DNA from: Trichoplax adhaerens
Taxonomy: Eukaryota; Animalia; Placozoa
DNA: 15,356 nucleotides
Direction: 5' to 3'
NCBI RefSeq assembly: GCF_000150275.1
Contig: NW_002060943.1
Location: 2,986,604-3,001,959, forward strand
A program made the position numbers and the translations under genes. Shown here piece by piece: positions 10,551 to 15,356 of the stretch (the first letter of the stretch is position 1; every line of letters begins with the position of its first letter). The notes beneath the pieces are model-generated. The model was given only the letters and a program-made list of their open reading frames with translations, was not told where the DNA came from and did not search any database.

Positions 10551-11004
10551 GCGGTGGTAATTAATTCATCAGCTGCGCTTGAGCTCTTCTGCTAGTAGCT
10601 GCTGCACAGACTACAGAAATTACCTTAGCAAATGCCATAAAGCTCCTACAACGTGTCTAAAACTTTTTACAGTGTAAGCTGAACTTGCCGCAATCTTGTT
10701 TAGTGCTGCGTAAGATATAATATTGCAATCAATAGTTTGTAGCTGATGATCTTGATCGCTATTAACTAGAACACGAATGCTGCAGCTCTGCTTGTGATGG
10801 CATTAGTAGTCCCCGGTAATAAAGACGTAGTATATCCGTTTTCACTCTGTCAAAATCCTTAGCATAACAGTTCTCCTCTTGGATCGGATGCAGGATAATA
10901 ACGATCATTTCGGTTGGGTTTATATCAATGTAGATGATCGAACTGACCAAAATTAAACCAAATCAGCATCATTGGCTGTTGCAGAATAGAAACCCTACTT
11001 CCTC

Positions 11005-12546
11005 ATGTCATCTTCAAAGATACCTTGCACGCTGGTGTGGTTACGCCGAGATTTAAGATTAATTGATAATCCTGCATTATTTCATGCTGCAAAACGTGGT
11101 CAACTTATTACTGTTTACATTTTCGATGAAGATTGCTCTGGCAAAAGGAGAACAGGCCAAGCTTGTTTATGGTGGCTGTATCATAGCTTGAAATCATTGC
11201 GTAATCAACTAAGCCAATGGAATATTCCTCTCATTGTGAAAAGCGGTAAAGATGCATTTACTATTTTAAAAAAGTTGCTCGATAGGTATAACGCTGATGC
11301 AATTTATTGGAATCGTTGTTATGAACCATTTGAATATAATCGAGATTACTCGATTGAAAAAAGATTTGTGGCAAGAAAGATCAAAGTTGAAACCTACCAA
11401 GATAGGGTACTGTATGAACCATGGAAGGTCAAGAACGGTAAAGGACAACCATTTCAGCTGTTTCCATGCTACTGGAATCAGTGTTTGTCTTTACCACAGC
11501 CTCGGAAGCCTTACGATAAACCAAAATTTACTGTTCATAACCAAGGCTGTGTGGAATATAAGTATGACGATGCTGGTGTATGGCAATTATTGGCTTCAAT
11601 AGCAGATAATGATACGAGTACAAGGCTACAAGATTTCTGGCATCCAGGCGAGGAGGGAGCAATTCAAAAACTAAAACGCTTTATGAAGAATTCTTTAAAG
11701 GTTTATTCAGAAAAAAGAGATTGCATTTGGTTAGATGCAACCTCCAATCTATCACCTTACTTACATTTCGGTGAGATTAGTCCTTTTACCATTTGGCATA
11801 CAGCTTGTTTTATGCGCCATTCAACTACGAGATCAATATCCGTTCCATTGCATTGTACAAAGCGATACCTTACCGAACTAGGATGGAGGGAATTCACATG
11901 TCATTTACTATTTCATTACCCAGATTTACCTGAAAAAAGTTTTAAATCCAATTTTCATCAGTTAAAGCTAGAAATTGATGAGGAGAAATTGCATGCATGG
12001 CAAAATGGTAGCACCGGTTATCCAATTGTCGACGCAGGCATGAGACAACTCTCGCAAGCTGGTTTTATGCCTAATCGCGTCAGGATGATTGTGGCTTCAT
12101 TTTTAATTATGCATTTGTTAATCCCATGGCAGAAAGGAGAAGAATGGTTTTGGAATAGATTGGTGGATGCCGACTTAGCTCAAAGTGTATGCAATTGGCA
12201 ATGGATAGCTGGTTGTGGACCTGATGTAGCACCTTATTTTCGTATGTTCAACCCTGTAATCCAAGGCGAAAAATTTGATGCTGAAGGATACTATGTACGA
12301 AAATGGATACCTGAAATTGCTAAATTACCTAATTCTTATGTTCAAAAACCGTGGGAAGCGCCTCCAACAATGTTAAAAATAGCAAATATAACGTTAGGAA
12401 AGACCTATCCTCGACCAATAGTAGAACATAAAGTAGCTCGTGAACTAGCATTGGCTACGTATTCACAATTAAAGCGTAAGCGGGAACCACCGAGCAACAA
12501 GAATAAGAAGCGTAAACGAGCTAAGAAAGAAAAGTTAAAAGACTAA
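11005..12546 (+). CDS. Cryptochrome/photolyase family flavoprotein, paralog B (class III CPD photolyase-like, 513 aa), intronless, with C-terminal basic NLS-like tail
   Basis: Intact ORF with WLRRDLRLIDNPAL, WHPGEEGA, TSNLSPYLHFGEISP, ELGWREF, GFMPNRVRMIVASF, LVDADLA..WQWIAGCGPDVAPYFRMFNP and PWEAP...LGKTYPRPIVEH. Ends in KRKREPPSNKNKKRKRAKKEK. Confidence 0.95.
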   Translation: MSSSKIPCTLVWLRRDLRLIDNPALFHAAKRGQLITVYIFDEDCSGKRRTGQACLWWLYHSLKSLRNQLSQWNIPLIVKSGKDAFTILKKLLDRYNADAIYWNRCYEPFEYNRDYSIEKRFVARKIKVETYQDRVLYEPWKVKNGKGQPFQLFPCYWNQCLSLPQPRKPYDKPKFTVHNQGCVEYKYDDAGVWQLLASIADNDTSTRLQDFWHPGEEGAIQKLKRFMKNSLKVYSEKRDCIWLDATSNLSPYLHFGEISPFTIWHTACFMRHSTTRSISVPLHCTKRYLTELGWREFTCHLLFHYPDLPEKSFKSNFHQLKLEIDEEKLHAWQNGSTGYPIVDAGMRQLSQAGFMPNRVRMIVASFLIMHLLIPWQKGEEWFWNRLVDADLAQSVCNWQWIAGCGPDVAPYFRMFNPVIQGEKFDAEGYYVRKWIPEIAKLPNSYVQKPWEAPPTMLKIANITLGKTYPRPIVEHKVARELALATYSQLKRKREPPSNKNKKRKRAKKEKLKD

Positions 12547-13611
12547 TATGGAGCTTTGTCTACATCACGGGATATACGTGTACAAAGATGGATTGATCAC
12601 TGTTTATTGCGGTGTTGCCTTGCAATGCTCCGTACTCTGGTATTACGGTGTAGCTCTGTTTAATGTAAATAGATTGGATAGTTTAATTTAATACTGCTAT
12701 TAATTATTGTTCTCGAATTGAGTCGCCATTGACCGAAGCTTACGCTTGAGCTTTATTTCAAGTATGTTGTCTTCAATTAAAATTGAGGTAATCTTTTCTT
12801 ACTAATAATGCGATTCCATTCTAAATTGCTTTTCGAGTAATCAATATTAATCCACGATCAACTAGAAATACTTGGCACTTTTCAGTACCATGACAGCTTC
12901 TATTTATATAGGTATCTATAACGTTGTGCCATATACCTTGGTAAAACTTGGTGTTGTAGTTGAATCACGATAATCTTTATACCTTCACTAAATTAAACAC
13001 ATTGTCCTTCTAGATCGAATTTTGAGTTTATTATTATTATTAATCACACATATCCGTATATAACGACCGATGACAAGAATTAATACTGCTAGTTCTAGGT
13101 CGATGCTATCCTATCATGGCTATAATGGCCAATGACTAGATCCATCTAGAGGTTGACAGTAGATTACTAGGAAAATCATGCATTGCAATAGCTCACTGTA
13201 TGCGTGCATGCTTAACTGGTCAAATTTAGGCGAAATTGAAAAGTTTGCTGTGATATTTCTGTATATTCATGGAGTACAATTGGGTCCAAATTTCTACCTG
13301 CCAACAGTGGGAGGACACGAATCAGACCACTAAAGAAACCATGGATTAATAGTGGTCAAGTCATTCTACGCGTATAGTCATAGACTACTATACTAGAAGA
13401 TGTCCATTGGATTCTGAAGACTTTTATGTCGTATCGAAGTCATTAATAGAAGATTAGAAGGATAACAGAATGGATCATGTACCTAAAGAACCTTTCTATT
13501 TCTACTCGTACGCACACTCTACTCTCGTATCATAAGGTACCTCCCTATTTTAGAGATTCTGTTCTCTCCACAGTTTACGCCTACTGCATTCTGAGATAAG
13601 TGATCATCCGA

Positions 13612-13978
13612 TCTGATTGCATTAAATTACCAGAGATTACTGCACAATAGTTTTACCTAATGCAAATGCAAGTGAATTGGATTTGATTTGGACCGGGTAA
13701 AAATTGTGCAGTAGGTCCCGTCTGATTGCATTATTACTGTACATTACCAGAGACGACTGCACAATAGTTTTACCTAATGCAAATGCAAGAGAATTAAAAT
13801 TTGATTTGGACTGGGTAAAAATTGTGCAGTAGGTCCCGTCTGATTGCATTACATTACCAGAGACGACTGGACAATAGTTTAGCCTAATACAAATCCGAGT
13901 GAATTGGATTTGATTTGGATTGGGTAAAAATTGTGCAGTAGGTCCTGTCTGATTGCATTACATTACCAGAGACGACTG
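13612..13978. repeat. Tandem repeat (minisatellite) of ~109-bp units with internal inverted repeats, at least 3.3 copies, truncated by the gap
   Basis: TCTGATTGCATTA recurs at 13612, 13721, 13839 and 13948 (periods 109, 118, 109). Each unit contains ACTGCACAAT..TTTTACC (slightly degenerate in unit 3) followed by GGTAAAAATTGTGCAGT. Confidence 0.95.
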
Positions 13979-14028
13979 NNNNNNNNNNNNNNNNNNNNNN
14001 NNNNNNNNNNNNNNNNNNNNNNNNNNNN
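13979..14028. other. Assembly gap (50 N)
   Basis: Run of N. Confidence 1.
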
Positions 14029-14031
14029 CTG

Positions 14032-15356
14032 AGGGATTCAGTCTAACCTTATATCGAATCGAATCAATTGTTCTCCGTGGATTAAAGACCTTACCAATAA
14101 GAACATCCCATCATTACAGATCGCATAAAATAATTCCTTAGTCTAGATATTGAGGCTTCTAGTGGTACAAATGGCTGATATATAATGATAGCTTGTCGTA
14201 AGTCTACACAAAAAGAAGAAATGATGAGCGAACGGTTATAAAAAACTGTCCGAATTAACTCGACAATCCAGAACGTTGATAGTCCCTGGGGATTAATTAA
14301 GGACGCCATTTTATTGTAGTTCTTGCCGCGCATCTATACAATCCGTCCCTTTTATTAGATAATAGTAACATTTCGTAGTTCTATTAGCAGTTCTAATTGA
14401 TTATTTTGATTATAGTTTCGAATCAACTAATTTATTTCGTAGATGGACTTCCTCTTAACTTTAGATAAGATAAACGCGTACATTTTCTCAATCTACGATA
14501 TCTTCATTTAATTCGTTAATCAGGATAGATAAACTAATACTTGCACGAATTTGATTTTTAATTTGCACTATGCTGATAGAATAGTCTACTGGGCAGAGTC
14601 AAATTTGGCTACAATTTCATCTCTTTCACTAGACTACTCTTGGTATTATGATTATATTAGGTGATCGAGTTATTCACTTGTAATGTAGCAGCTGTCTTAT
14701 TCGAGTTATTACCCTCAAACGTTTGTTCTATTTATAGGATAATTCATCAGGTAGCCAAGGTTAGGGTTAGGGTTAGGGTTAGCGTTAATACCATACATCT
14801 AGTTGTTTTACGTTATTTGTGTCCTTATCTAATAAATGGAGCACAAAATAATGGATTTTATGTTGCGGAGAATTGAAATTTTACAGGCTAGCTTACGCAT
14901 AAAATTATATAGAAATTATGAATGAAAACTATACAAACCGGTGCTATTTATCTTTATTACTTTAAATATCGTATTATTTACACCTTCTACTAAGATTCAG
15001 ATATATAACATAGAGCATAGTAGTAATTAACTATATGGAGAATTCTAACTACCTGTTTTCTACATATTACTGGTGTTTAATAATAAATTAGCTAGAAATA
15101 ACTTCGTCTTATTATAATTAAAAGTGTTTGAAAACCTTACCTCTAAAATGAGTTAGAACACAGTTGTTACGATCATTGGTTGAATTTCTCTTTCAGATAA
15201 TGAATCAGGTAATCCTAAAGAATCCATAAATCAACACAAATAATGAAATTGACTTTGATGGGTAATCCTTGACGATTTGGAAAATTTTAGCAGTGAATTA
15301 TTTTATTGCTTCTCTACCTAAAACTCCGAGTCCGGAAGAAAGGCCACATAATCAAA
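14032..15356 (+). repeat. Near-identical direct copy of 3620-4946 (terminal contig; probably allelic haplotype or mis-scaffolded duplicate)
   Basis: Constant offset of +10412. The differences I saw were three substitutions near the start and single-base indels at the contig extremities. Confidence 0.95.
14759..14787 (+). repeat. Interstitial telomeric sequence (same tract within the near-identical duplicate)
   Basis: Identical to 4347-4375 at offset +10412. Confidence 0.9.

Larger units (their letters stand above)
9621..11004. promoter_or_regulatory. Shared divergent upstream region (1384 bp) of the two photolyase-family genes
   Basis: Head-to-head ATGs at 9620 (-) and 11005 (+). Promoter function is inferred from position only. 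Confidence 0.55.

Noticed and set aside
11266-11602. Antisense and alternative-frame ORFs inside paralog B
   Set aside because: They overlap a conserved CDS and have no recognisable motifs.
13130-13400. Short inverted repeats (e.g. GACCACTA/TAGTGGTC 13325-13357) as terminator or Helitron end
   Set aside because: Stems of 8 bp or less with no supporting context; bacterial terminators are not expected in this setting.
13612-13978. CRISPR array or hammerhead/retrozyme interpretation of the 109-bp repeat
   Set aside because: No unique spacers and no cas genes; no CTGAnGA...GAAA hammerhead core on either strand.
13637-14141. ORFs 13637-13849 and 13953-14141
   Set aside because: Products of the tandem repeat and of reading through the N gap.
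14091-14333. 80-aa minus-strand ORF
   Set aside because: The equivalent in the first copy has a TGA stop; it is antisense to the LRR relic.

Overview
AT-rich eukaryotic genomic DNA, probably metazoan. The evidence is a spliceosomal-looking exon, TTAGGG repeats and NLS-bearing proteins; a placozoan-like host is only my impression. The centrepiece is a head-to-head pair of intronless paralogous cryptochrome/photolyase genes (8127-9620 minus, 11005-12546 plus). Both resemble bacterial class III CPD photolyases and plant cryptochromes, and both end in a basic bipartite-NLS-like tail. The paralogs have lost complementary sets of catalytic residues: gene A lost DNA-lesion pocket residues, while gene B lost the flavin-tuning Asn and the distal Trp of the electron-transfer triad. 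A near-consensus p53-type response element lies in their shared upstream region. The left 7 kb holds an MFS-transporter-like exon and a heavily decayed, partly tandem-duplicated LRR gene. In the duplicated part, the same site carries a TSD-flanked 537-bp insert in one copy and a short telomeric tract in the other. The right end has a ~109-bp hairpin-forming tandem repeat, a 50-N gap and a near-identical second copy of 3620-4946, which is probably an assembly or haplotype artefact.
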